Made by a program: the position numbers and the translations under genes. The notes beneath the pieces are model-generated. The model was given only the letters and a program-made list of their open reading frames with translations. It was not told the origin of the DNA and ran no database searches. Positions 39,053 through 48,535 of a stretch of 64,000 nt of DNA are shown piece after piece (within the stretch, counting starts at the first letter, position 1; the number at the start of each line of letters is the position of its first letter). This DNA comes from a virus: IMG/VR virus record IMGVR_UViG_3300005573_000004, positions 64,001 through 128,000 of that record, one strand, 5' to 3'.

Positions 39053-39643
39053 ATGGCTGAAAATCCAAACAAAAATCAAAACAAAGATGTCAATAAACAC
39101 GTAAATAAACCCTCAATGCAATTAGATACAATGGAACTTGCCATTGTTAATGCTATTAAAAAGAATATTTTTGATTTAGCAGCTCAATGGGTAAATAATC
39201 TTTCAGCTGATCAAGCTAAAGCACTTTATACTCAATTAGGGGAAGGTAATATTGATTTTGGTAAACCTGAAGTTCTTTCTTTAATGAAAAAATTTGATGC
39301 TCAAATGAAGCCAAATTATTATGGACGTAAATCTTTTATTTATTATATACCTTTCGCTATTAGGGAAGCTATAAAAAATAAATATGCTAGAGAACTTAAA
39401 TTAACAAATAGTTTCGTCAATATTAGATTATTCCATAAATATGCTAAAATTCCAGAAAGACCATATTTAGTTAAAAATAGTAAAGTTTTGTTACCAAATA
39501 ATCGTGGTGTTGGAGTATTGGAAGATGATCCAGAACTTTTAGAAAGCTTTACTGGATTTGATTGGATTGCTCGTGTGAAAGCAGAAAATCCAGTACATTC
39601 TGGAATATATTATGTGTCAACGCTAAAAGAACTGAAAAAATAG
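39053..39643 (+). CDS. Hypothetical protein
   Basis: SD GGAG; ORF track. Confidence 0.6.
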   Translation: MAENPNKNQNKDVNKHVNKPSMQLDTMELAIVNAIKKNIFDLAAQWVNNLSADQAKALYTQLGEGNIDFGKPEVLSLMKKFDAQMKPNYYGRKSFIYYIPFAIREAIKNKYARELKLTNSFVNIRLFHKYAKIPERPYLVKNSKVLLPNNRGVGVLEDDPELLESFTGFDWIARVKAENPVHSGIYYVSTLKELKK

Positions 39644-39656
39644 GGGTAATTTCAAA

Positions 39657-40478
39657 ATGGCGTTACCTGCACCAACAAATTTTGACGCAGATTATGAAAC
39701 GTTATCTAGAGATAGATTATGTGTAACATTATGGTGGGAAGAAGATCCACGTGCAGCATATTATCGCCTTTATAGAGATACCGATGTGCGTGAAATTCGT
39801 CCTCCATATGAATATAAAACTGTAGATGGAAAAAAGTTTATAGTTTATCGTGATGTAGAAGCTTGGTCAGCAGGCCAAGCTTTAGATTTATTTTATTGGG
39901 TTGCAGCAGTAGAAAACATTGCTCCCTCAGGGAGTCCTCCAATCTATCAAGAAGGGGCCCTCTCAGACGCTATCACCAATTTACATCCTTTCGGACTTAG
40001 GGTCATTGAAGAAGCCAGATCAATGATCGGTGATGATTTACGTATTTTTAATGATAAAATGAATAAAGTCCAAGAACAAATTTCAATTTATAATTATAAA
40101 ATAGCTATGGATCAAGCTTTGAGTGCTATAAATTCAACTCCGACTTTTACCTCATATACTTATGGAAGTATTCCATATGAATTTAAACATTTATTAACTC
40201 TTGGAACATTAGTTAATGTCCTACCAAAATTAATTCTTTTAGAAAAAGCAAAAGCTATGCAATTTGAAGATCAGGGGCAACAGTGGACTCCTCCTGATTT
40301 ATCAGCAGCATTTGAAACTAGGCTAAAAGAATTAAAAGAAGATTTTAATACACTCAGAAAAGAAATTAAACATAATGTTCGTCCAAATCCAAGAGGAGTT
40401 GGTAGTTTAAAAGCTTTATTTATCAGTCCACAAATGTTAAAATGGCGTCACGTTCCAACTGGAAGAAATTTCTTCTAA
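39657..40478 (+). CDS. Putative head-tail adaptor (neck) protein with N-terminal Fn3-like domain
   Basis: LPAPTNF..TLWW..YRLYR (Fn3-like); R..IGD, AL..INSTP and F.DQG motifs; position after MCP. Confidence 0.55.
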   Translation: MALPAPTNFDADYETLSRDRLCVTLWWEEDPRAAYYRLYRDTDVREIRPPYEYKTVDGKKFIVYRDVEAWSAGQALDLFYWVAAVENIAPSGSPPIYQEGALSDAITNLHPFGLRVIEEARSMIGDDLRIFNDKMNKVQEQISIYNYKIAMDQALSAINSTPTFTSYTYGSIPYEFKHLLTLGTLVNVLPKLILLEKAKAMQFEDQGQQWTPPDLSAAFETRLKELKEDFNTLRKEIKHNVRPNPRGVGSLKALFISPQMLKWRHVPTGRNFF

Positions 40479-40489
40479 GGAGGAAAATC

Positions 40490-40654
40490 ATGGTAAAAAT
40501 AATAGAATTTTTATACGGAATAGTAAAAGATTATATAATAAAACAAGCGAATGCTACAGGTAATAATGCTTTTATAACTAAATTTGAGATAGCTTTTAGG
40601 ATCATTGAAGAAACTTGGAATGAGATTAAAGCAATAAAGCAAAATTTGAAATAA
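40490..40654 (+). CDS. Small hypothetical protein
   Basis: SD AAGGAGG before ATG 40490. Confidence 0.55.
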   Translation: MVKIIEFLYGIVKDYIIKQANATGNNAFITKFEIAFRIIEETWNEIKAIKQNLK

Positions 40655-40660
40655 ATAAAA

Positions 40661-42235
40661 ATGAGCTTTGTAAATTTCAAAAGATTAAGTAGTATAATTG
40701 ATTATCCTAGGAGTGGTCTAGATAGTAAAGTTTGGACTACTCAAGGGATTTTAAAACCTAGAATTAAAGATTTTATTTTAAAAAAATTAGATAAGTTTTT
40801 TAGAAGTAAAGGATATACATTAAATGAAATTTTAAGTGCAGTTAATGCTGTATATTTTATAGGTTCTTTGACATCTTATCAATATACAGATAAGACAGAT
40901 TTGGATATTCATTTCCATTTTGATCAGAATAAGATAAAAGATGTATTAAGAAGACACGGTCAAATAGTAAAATCTAATGAAGAGCTTGATGAGATATTAA
41001 ATAAAGAATGGAAAGATGCTATTGATGAAGATATAATACCTGGAACTCAACATCCTCTTGAAGTTTATTTTGAAATTGACGGGTTTACAAAGAGTGATAA
41101 TAGTGATGGAGTTTATGATATTCTTAACGATAAATGGTTAAAAGAACCCCCTTCTATTGAGGATGATTTTGATGTAGAAGAGATATATCCAGCAGCAGTA
41201 GACGAAGCAATTGATATTATGAGGAATATTGATGATAAAATTGGACATATAAAGCGTGAGATAAAAGATATTAGTCTTTTAAAGGAAACTCTTAGATCTT
41301 GGGATAAAGGTAAGAAAAAATTATTTTTTAAAAAGCTCTTAGATAAAATAGATACAATAGAAAAATCAATACGAGATATAGTAGAGATGGGTTCTGAAAT
41401 TATAGATAATAGACAAGATGATTACGTAAAACAATCAGAAGATAATATTAAATTTAAATATTTACAGAGATATAAATATATTTGGCTTGTTAAAAATCTG
41501 GAAGATGCTTTAGAAGATGAAAAAGAAAAAATTCAAGTTGAAGATGATGATGATATTGAGAGAATTAGGATAATTTTGAAAGAATTTGAAGATAAAGATA
41601 CGAGTAAAGATATAGAATTTGAAAAAAAGGAGAGTAAAATGAGTTTTATAAATTTTAAAAAATTAGGTTTAGGTTTTGGTTTGGGTCCTGGTGCAGGATT
41701 CGGGTTAGGTCCTGGTGTAGGAAGAGGTTTAGGTCCTGGTGCAGGTTTAGGTCCTGGTGTAGGAAGAGGTTTAAATCCTGGTGTAGGAAGAGGTTTAGGT
41801 TTAGGTCCTGCAGGATTAGGAAGAGGTTTAGGCCCTGGTGCAGGACTCGGTTTATGTTTGGACCAAGATGTAGGACTTACACCTTCCGATCCTACTTTAG
41901 TACAACCAGATGTTTCTATAGAGGTTCCTAAAGAAGTTTTTCCAGAAACTCTTCCAGAAGGTTCGTCAGCGACTTCTTTAGAAATTCCTTCTGGAATACC
42001 TGAAGGAAGAGAAAGAGATTATGAAATTTTAAAAAGAGATATCATATTGGAGCAAGCAGCTATTGACGAATATCGTGGACAACTTAGGGATGCTTCTCCA
42101 GAAGTCAAAAAGATATTGGAACATTTAATTAAGGAAGAAGAGGAACATAGGAAAGAATTGGAAGAATTAATAGAAGAAATAAAATCTAAACCGTCAGGCA
42201 ATACAACGGACGAAATCAAAGTTATAGAATTGTAA
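40661..42235 (+). CDS. Pol-beta-type nucleotidyltransferase fused to Gly-rich repeats and a ferritin-like helix pair; internal in-frame start at 41639
   Basis: [23 protein letters not shown] and GVYDI..WLK..P; GLGPG repeats; E..AI..Y...L.HL..EE.EH; SD AAGGAG before ATG 41639. Confidence 0.8.
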   Translation: MSFVNFKRLSSIIDYPRSGLDSKVWTTQGILKPRIKDFILKKLDKFFRSKGYTLNEILSAVNAVYFIGSLTSYQYTDKTDLDIHFHFDQNKIKDVLRRHGQIVKSNEELDEILNKEWKDAIDEDIIPGTQHPLEVYFEIDGFTKSDNSDGVYDILNDKWLKEPPSIEDDFDVEEIYPAAVDEAIDIMRNIDDKIGHIKREIKDISLLKETLRSWDKGKKKLFFKKLLDKIDTIEKSIRDIVEMGSEIIDNRQDDYVKQSEDNIKFKYLQRYKYIWLVKNLEDALEDEKEKIQVEDDDDIERIRIILKEFEDKDTSKDIEFEKKESKMSFINFKKLGLGFGLGPGAGFGLGPGVGRGLGPGAGLGPGVGRGLNPGVGRGLGLGPAGLGRGLGPGAGLGLCLDQDVGLTPSDPTLVQPDVSIEVPKEVFPETLPEGSSATSLEIPSGIPEGRERDYEILKRDIILEQAAIDEYRGQLRDASPEVKKILEHLIKEEEEHRKELEELIEEIKSKPSGNTTDEIKVIEL

Positions 42236-42263
42236 TTCTAAGTTCTTTTATAATTTTTTCATA

Positions 42264-42437
42264 ATGAAAAAACTGAACAAAGAGAAAATTGAAAAATGTG
42301 AAATGTGCGGTATGTTCACAGTCGAGACTATTAAAGTAGTAGGTCCAAAAGGTTTCGTGCATTTGTGTGTTTCTTGTTATAATAAATTTTTTAAAAACAG
42401 ATATAAAAAGTCAAATAGGAGTTCAGAACATGAATAA
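42264..42437 (+). CDS. 57-aa zinc-finger protein (CEMC...CVSC), below the ORF-track cutoff
   Basis: Manual translation MKKLNKEKIEKCEMCG...LCVSCYNK. Confidence 0.6.
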   Translation: MKKLNKEKIEKCEMCGMFTVETIKVVGPKGFVHLCVSCYNKFFKNRYKKSNRSSEHE

Positions 42438-43269
42438 TAATTATTTAAAACAATTAAAAGCTGCAAATATGTGGTTACGTAGAATAGCAGTACGAACACC
42501 GGAACAGACTGTAAAACAAATTTTATCTGATCTTAGAAAAGTTAATAAAGAATTAAAAGATATTCGTGCTGCTGTAAAAGATGGAAAATATTCAGAAATT
42601 TCTGAACAAGTTCAAGCTGCTATTTCTTATTTACAAGCTATTGACCACGTATCAAAATCTCCAACTGCAAAAGCTATAGAAGAAAAACGTGAGAAAAATC
42701 TAGCAAAAAATATATCTGAAACTAATGAAGAAGATGAAGATGATGAATCAGAAGAAACAGATAAAGCAGATGAGTCAGAAGAAACGGATGAGGATATAGA
42801 TAGATCTTTAGGACTAGGATTTTTAACTACAAAGTCTAGACTTTTATCTATTATTAAGAATTCTGCAAAAGATTTTCCTACATCTTGGGAAGAGCCTATG
42901 ATGGAAATTAAAGGTTCTATGAAAGTTGAGATAGTACCTCAAGGAAATGATGAATATTTAATTAAAGGATATTGGATGACAGATCCAAAATTTAAAGCAG
43001 AGAAAAAAATTAAAGGATTAGATCAGATAAGTAATGCTATTATAGAACTTGAATATATGATTTTAGATCAAAAACCTTTAAAACCTGGAAATTCTTCTAA
43101 TAAGACAAGTTCTAGTATTAATTTTGATAAACTTGGTAGAATTGTAAAAGAAAAAGGCGGATATTACGTCAAAAGTGAAAAAGGTAAAAATCTTGGTGGG
43201 CCATATAAAACCAAAGAAAAAGCGAAAAAAAGGCTTCGCCAAGTAGAATATTTTAAACATAGAGGGTGA
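42430..43269 (+). CDS. Multi-domain hypothetical protein with C-terminal basic mini-domain
   Basis: SD AGGAG before ATG 42430; ends SSINFDKLG-RIVKEKGGYYVKSEKGKNLGGPYKTKEKAKKRLRQVEYFK. Confidence 0.65.
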   Translation: MNNNYLKQLKAANMWLRRIAVRTPEQTVKQILSDLRKVNKELKDIRAAVKDGKYSEISEQVQAAISYLQAIDHVSKSPTAKAIEEKREKNLAKNISETNEEDEDDESEETDKADESEETDEDIDRSLGLGFLTTKSRLLSIIKNSAKDFPTSWEEPMMEIKGSMKVEIVPQGNDEYLIKGYWMTDPKFKAEKKIKGLDQISNAIIELEYMILDQKPLKPGNSSNKTSSSINFDKLGRIVKEKGGYYVKSEKGKNLGGPYKTKEKAKKRLRQVEYFKHRG

Positions 43270-43273
43270 TTAA

Positions 43274-43591
43274 ATGTCCAGTTTTATAAATTTCAAAAAA
43301 TTGGCCTCGATGAGTTCTAATAAAATAAGAAAAATTTCTACTAATTTGTTGGAATGGATAGAAAACACAAAAAAGATGAATGAGAAATATCCAAGTCTTG
43401 TCAATTTTTTAGAAGCGGTAAAGGAACATTATTTGAGGAATTTTAGTGATGATCCAAAAATAAGACAGATGGGGATTTCTCTTGAACAAGCTAAGAATAT
43501 AATTTCTTCTGCTCTTGGCAGACATAAAGAATATAATTTAGATTTTCAAGCGTTACATAATGCAACAGAAACATATTTTTCAAAAGACTAA
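43274..43591 (+). CDS. SFxNFKK-tagged hypothetical protein
   Basis: Starts [12 protein letters not shown]. Confidence 0.65.
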   Translation: MSSFINFKKLASMSSNKIRKISTNLLEWIENTKKMNEKYPSLVNFLEAVKEHYLRNFSDDPKIRQMGISLEQAKNIISSALGRHKEYNLDFQALHNATETYFSKD

Positions 43592-43612
43592 CTACTAAAT
43601 TTGAGGTGTTTT

Positions 43613-43966
43613 ATGGAAGATGCACAGCTTAAGTTAATTTTAGAATCTTTAAAAGAATTAAAAGATGAGGTTAAATCTATTAAAAAGCTCCTAAATGGAA
43701 ACGGAGAAATTGGTTTATTAGAAGCTCATAGAGATTTAGAGCAAAAATTTACTAGTGTTAGCGTAAGAGTTCGTGCTATTGAAGAAGATGTTAAACCATT
43801 AAAAGAGTCTTCTTTTAAAAGAAATACATTAAAAGAATTTGTCAAACAAATTGGGGTTATTTTAGCAACTATGTCGCCTATCATAATTCCTACGCTTATT
43901 TGGATGACAAAAATTTGGGACAAACTTAATCAGTTAGTTCCATTGGATACAGTTATTAGAAAATAA
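43613..43966 (+). CDS. Coiled-coil plus single-TM protein (possible holin-like)
   Basis: LNGNGEIGL, coiled coil, C-terminal hydrophobic helix; SD GAGGTG. Confidence 0.5.
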   Translation: MEDAQLKLILESLKELKDEVKSIKKLLNGNGEIGLLEAHRDLEQKFTSVSVRVRAIEEDVKPLKESSFKRNTLKEFVKQIGVILATMSPIIIPTLIWMTKIWDKLNQLVPLDTVIRK

Positions 43967-43983
43967 AAGGAAATAAAAAATTT

Positions 43984-44433
43984 ATGAGTTTTATCAATTT
44001 TAAAAAAATGACAAAAATATCTAAAGAATGGTTTCCGAATTTGGAACCACACGAACAATATTCATATGTTACTTCTCATAGTAACCAGCCAGAATTACTA
44101 AAAGAGTTATATCCTAGTGCAAAAGATGATATAACTCGTTTGGAAATAGTAAATATAACTGGAGATAGTGATCTTGCAGAAAGATTATTTATTAATACTA
44201 AATATCCGTTAATAAAAGCACGTCTTGTTCCTTTTATAAAAAATAAGGAGTTATTAAGAGACTTTTTTGTATCGTATATTAATTCTGCAGAAGCATTACG
44301 AAAAGTTAAAACACGTTTAACGGATGAACAAAATAGAGCTTTAATCCAAAGTATGAAAGAACTTCATTTGTTGCCTGATAATATAAATACAGAGTTTGAA
44401 GATATGAAAAAAAGAAATCCAATGATAGACTAA
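43984..44433 (+). CDS. SFxNFKK-tagged helical protein
   Basis: Starts MSFINFKKM. Confidence 0.65.
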   Translation: MSFINFKKMTKISKEWFPNLEPHEQYSYVTSHSNQPELLKELYPSAKDDITRLEIVNITGDSDLAERLFINTKYPLIKARLVPFIKNKELLRDFFVSYINSAEALRKVKTRLTDEQNRALIQSMKELHLLPDNINTEFEDMKKRNPMID

Positions 44434-44449
44434 GGAGGATAAAAGGTAT

Positions 44450-45340
44450 ATGTTTACTAAAATTGCAGAATCAGCAATTATAGATATTAAATCAAAACCT
44501 TTAAATTTGTTTGAAGAATTAGCACAAAGGCACGCTACAGAATATGCCAAAGTTGCTACATTGGGAGAGGAAGATATTCGTAAACAGAATTATAATTTAT
44601 ATAGAACTATAGCAGAAAAGAAACCGAATCTGTTAGCTTTTGCAACTCGTGCTATTTCTGCATATGAAACTTGGGGTCCAAACAAGAATGGAGATGCTTT
44701 TGAACGTGCAGAATTAGAAAAATATTATCCTACATTTTTTATGCGTCCGCATTTATTGGACCACAGGATGGAGATCCCATATATTCGTGGAATGATAGCT
44801 GGAAGTTATTGGCGTCCTTTAACAAAAACGGCATCTAATAGACCAGATGGAGATTATGTAGAGACTTTAATTTTTGTAAATAGAGATGATTTTCCAAAAT
44901 ATGCATCAATGGTAGAAAACGGTACTGTAAATTCGTTTTCTATGGGTGTCGAAGTTCAAGAAGCTGAGTGTAGTCATTGTCATAACATAGCCAGAAATCC
45001 ATCGGAACTCTGTGAATGTGTTTCAAGGTTAAAAAATTTAGTAGTTGGAGGGCGTAAAGTTTTCGAATTTAACCGTGGTTTGAATTTTATTGAACAATCT
45101 GCTGTAGTAAGTCCAGCTGATGTTGATTCACATACTTTGTATATTTTAGCTAGTGTAAAAAATACAGCTCATCAAGATGTAGAAAGATTAAAAAAGATAG
45201 CTTCTGTACTTGATAGTTATTCAGAAACTGAAAAACAAATAAGACGATACGAATATCAGATGTTAGAAGCATATGCCAATCAATTGGCAGATAAGATAAT
45301 GCTCGATTTAAATATTCTTCCAAGGAGGCCCAATTTATGA
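44450..45340 (+). CDS. Putative prohead (capsid maturation) serine protease with Cys-cluster insert
   Basis: NKNGDAF, LLDH (His), FSMG (Ser), CSHC..C.C and EQSAVVSPAD, an HK97-type protease layout. Confidence 0.78.
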   Translation: MFTKIAESAIIDIKSKPLNLFEELAQRHATEYAKVATLGEEDIRKQNYNLYRTIAEKKPNLLAFATRAISAYETWGPNKNGDAFERAELEKYYPTFFMRPHLLDHRMEIPYIRGMIAGSYWRPLTKTASNRPDGDYVETLIFVNRDDFPKYASMVENGTVNSFSMGVEVQEAECSHCHNIARNPSELCECVSRLKNLVVGGRKVFEFNRGLNFIEQSAVVSPADVDSHTLYILASVKNTAHQDVERLKKIASVLDSYSETEKQIRRYEYQMLEAYANQLADKIMLDLNILPRRPNL

Positions 45341-46491
45341 GCTTTGTAAATTTTAAAAGAATTGCAGCAGAAAGGAAAGTTAGAGCTTTATGGAGACGTG
45401 CGAACCAGAATTTGCCTTTGTTTTTGTCACAGTTAGAAGACACTTTTCAATCACCAGAGGTTAAGAAAAAGTTTCAAGATTTAAAGAAAAGATATCTTGA
45501 GAATCAGATTGCTGAAAAACTGCTTTTACAAGAATTAACCAAACTTTTAGAAGAAGATATGAATTATATAGATAAGACGCAACACGAACAAGATAAAAAT
45601 CTTTTTGCTCCACCTATATCAAATCCAAAAACATCTAGATCAACATTTAGAAATACTCGTTTACTAACTGCCGAACAGTTTAATCTTTTATGGAAGTTTT
45701 CAGGTTTTGATATTTTATCTTTCTTATTAAAATTAAAGAATTTAGTAAAAGATCCTCAAAGTATAAAAGAATTGGACGCTTTAAAAAAAGCATATTTAGC
45801 TAATAAAATGGACGAAAAGACTATTTTAAATAGAGTTCAATATATATTAGATAAAGATATGGCTTATACGGATGCTTTTTATCGTCAAAGAGATAGAGAA
45901 TTATTTTCTCCAAAAACTAACAAAGCCAGTTCTTTATATAATCGTAGATTAGTTATTGCAAATTTATGGAAACGCGCCGATAAGGATCCTATAGTTTTTT
46001 TAGATGAATTGATAAATAATAATACATTTCAGACTCCAGAAGTGTTAGAACAAGCTAAAGCTTTAAGAGCTAAAGCTGATAAAATGGATAAACGTGTCCT
46101 TCTTGATAAAATACAAAAATTACTAGATGAAGATGCTGAATTGTCTCTAGAATCTGCAAAAGATAGAGATATAGAAATAGCTAAAAAGGATCCATTTTAT
46201 GCTAGACAGTATGAGACTCCTGACTATGACTTTACAAATACAGATACAGAAGAATGGTCACCAGAGGATTATAACGTTATAAATATTTTTGAATCTAATA
46301 ATAAAAAAAGTTCTAATTTTAAAAATAAAAGATATATTTTTGGAGAAGAAATATCAGATGAAGATTTAAATAGTATACCTACTGATCCAGATAAAATTTC
46401 TGATTTTGCGCAAAAGAAGAGAGAGTTGGCAGATAAAGCGGAAGAAATAGGAAAGATTTTGCAGGAATTGAAGCAATTGAAAAAACAATAG
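45337..46491 (+). CDS. SFxNFKR-tagged protein with three tandem ~95-aa helical repeats
   Basis: LW..., F L..L, LD.D.. repeats separated by S-x-x-N-x-R linkers. Confidence 0.7.
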   Translation: MSFVNFKRIAAERKVRALWRRANQNLPLFLSQLEDTFQSPEVKKKFQDLKKRYLENQIAEKLLLQELTKLLEEDMNYIDKTQHEQDKNLFAPPISNPKTSRSTFRNTRLLTAEQFNLLWKFSGFDILSFLLKLKNLVKDPQSIKELDALKKAYLANKMDEKTILNRVQYILDKDMAYTDAFYRQRDRELFSPKTNKASSLYNRRLVIANLWKRADKDPIVFLDELINNNTFQTPEVLEQAKALRAKADKMDKRVLLDKIQKLLDEDAELSLESAKDRDIEIAKKDPFYARQYETPDYDFTNTDTEEWSPEDYNVINIFESNNKKSSNFKNKRYIFGEEISDEDLNSIPTDPDKISDFAQKKRELADKAEEIGKILQELKQLKKQ

Positions 46492-46502
46492 GAGTATAAC
46501 TT

Positions 46503-47399
46503 TTGTTTGGATATCTGCATAGTTTCATCAGACAGGCATTTATCAGAGAGATCCAGAATTTATTGGATGAACATCCGTTTTATACTAGATCAAAAGATTC
46601 TGGATTTCAACGTTCTCCTGTAGTAGTTTCAGAGAAATATAATTTTGATGGCAGACAATTTCCAGCGGTAATTGTTGATACTTCTAGTGCTTCAGAATTT
46701 AGGCTAGATTTTACTAATTTTATTGAAGATGTTTATGGGAACGTAAGATTAACAAGTATAATTCCTTACGTAGTAACCAAAGTAGAAACAGATAAAACTT
46801 ATTCTAAGCCTAGAACTGACAATGTATATGGATTGCAATTTGTTAATATTGGTCGAGATAATAAACGAGAAATTAATCTAAGAGTGTCTGATGGAAATGC
46901 AGGAACATATAGCTATTTTGCTGTAAAGCCTTGGGAAGTAAGAAATGATATTATACCTGGTGCAATATTGTTCTTTGGAAGTTTTAATGATATAGAACCT
47001 GGTAAAGTAATTTATATTGAAACTTTTAAAGACACTACTATACTTGGCGAATTATATGGAAAAGGTTTTGATTTTTCTATAAGTATAAATGTTTATGCCC
47101 AATCACAAAACGAAGCAAAGGAATTAACAGATTTAATAAACGCTTATGGAGTGTATATTCTTCCACAGCATCTACATAATGCTCATGGTTTTGTATTAAA
47201 ATCTATGAAAACAGATGGTGTGATTGAAAAAGATGGAGAATTAGGTGAAGAAGTATTTAAAGGTGGATTTAGCGTTGATCTTTGGACTGAACATCAGTTT
47301 TTTGTTCCAGTTGATAGAGCTGAGAGTTATACACTTTGGGTAGAATTACGTGAACGTGTAGATCATTTGGTGAACCAATTATGGCAATACACGGAGTGA
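46503..47399 (+). CDS. Putative tail terminator/completion protein
   Basis: FPAVIV and ISINVYAQS..EAKELTDLI motifs; neck region. Confidence 0.55.
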   Translation: MFGYLHSFIRQAFIREIQNLLDEHPFYTRSKDSGFQRSPVVVSEKYNFDGRQFPAVIVDTSSASEFRLDFTNFIEDVYGNVRLTSIIPYVVTKVETDKTYSKPRTDNVYGLQFVNIGRDNKREINLRVSDGNAGTYSYFAVKPWEVRNDIIPGAILFFGSFNDIEPGKVIYIETFKDTTILGELYGKGFDFSISINVYAQSQNEAKELTDLINAYGVYILPQHLHNAHGFVLKSMKTDGVIEKDGELGEEVFKGGFSVDLWTEHQFFVPVDRAESYTLWVELRERVDHLVNQLWQYTE

Positions 47400-47402
47400 T
47401 TC

Positions 47403-48152
47403 ATGTCTAGTTATATTCCGAATAGTAATCCTAGAGAATCAAGATATATACCTAAATCAAAAGAAGAACGTATATATACTCATACATTTCAGAGTTTAAC
47501 GGATTTATGGGATCCTAAAGAAATGTATGATCGTAATATTATTAAGGAAGCAACAGGTGGACAGAATATTCTAGATGAGCATATAGAGAGGCTTCAGAGG
47601 CTCATAGAGGCACGTGGTAACTATGTATTTTTAGTGAAGCGGATACTTGACGGAGACTATTGTAGTTGCTATAATCCTATTAGTAAGGAAGTTATGAGAA
47701 AGTATTGTCTTGAATGTTATGGAACTAGGATTTCAGGTGGTTATAGGCTCTTTTATAACAAAGATAGAGTAGATGGAAAAATCATTATATCTCAGCCATT
47801 TGCTGATGAGTCTATTTCAATGGAAGAATGGGGCAGAGATTGGAAAGAGGAATTAGAAGGTTGGACTTTACCTTGGATTCCTTTAGAAAATGGTTCTACA
47901 ACATTTTCATATGATTTTATAATTAAGTATAATGAGGATGGAACAGAACTCGGAAGATATTATATTACATCTGTTAAACCATCTAGAGCCATTGGAAATA
48001 AAGTTACGTATCAAAGATTTTCTATGAGACTTGCTGATAAACCAACCTATGAAATAGGTCGCAATGGTGAGAAGATTATTTCTCGCCGTGGCGATATTAT
48101 ATATGAAGTAGATATTAATAAGTTAGATAAAGTATTTGGCGGAAAACCATAA
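47403..48152 (+). CDS. Putative head closure/neck protein
   Basis: G..CSC....C.ECYGT...GGY, WTLP.P and RY.I..V motifs. Confidence 0.6.
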   Translation: MSSYIPNSNPRESRYIPKSKEERIYTHTFQSLTDLWDPKEMYDRNIIKEATGGQNILDEHIERLQRLIEARGNYVFLVKRILDGDYCSCYNPISKEVMRKYCLECYGTRISGGYRLFYNKDRVDGKIIISQPFADESISMEEWGRDWKEELEGWTLPWIPLENGSTTFSYDFIIKYNEDGTELGRYYITSVKPSRAIGNKVTYQRFSMRLADKPTYEIGRNGEKIISRRGDIIYEVDINKLDKVFGGKP

Positions 48153-48163
48153 AGGAGGATTAA

Positions 48164-48499
48164 ATGAAAGATTTTCAAAGAATGTATAAAGCATTAAATG
48201 TTAATCCAGGAGAAACTAAAACACTTGTTATTAGTAGAACTGAAGCTGTTAATAATAAATTTGCTTTTGTCTTTAGTGGAGTTGGTTCAGGTGATTTATA
48301 TCAATATGCAAAAATATGGATATTAGCTGGAGCGGCAGATAAAAAAGTTAATTTGACAGATTGTTTAGATATTATTTTAGATTGTGGTGATGCCGGATGT
48401 ATTCTTACAGTGGACTTTCCAATAGTAAGTGATATTGAAATATCTATTACTGGTCCAAGTAACGGTTTATCACTAGGTGTTCATGCAGGAAATGATTAA
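48164..48499 (+). CDS. Small beta-rich protein, tandem paralog A
   Basis: Near-identical ends to 48536..48877. Confidence 0.7.
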   Translation: MKDFQRMYKALNVNPGETKTLVISRTEAVNNKFAFVFSGVGSGDLYQYAKIWILAGAADKKVNLTDCLDIILDCGDAGCILTVDFPIVSDIEISITGPSNGLSLGVHAGND

Positions 48500-48535
48500 G
48501 ATTCTCCGTAAGATTTTTGAATAAAAGGAGTCTAC

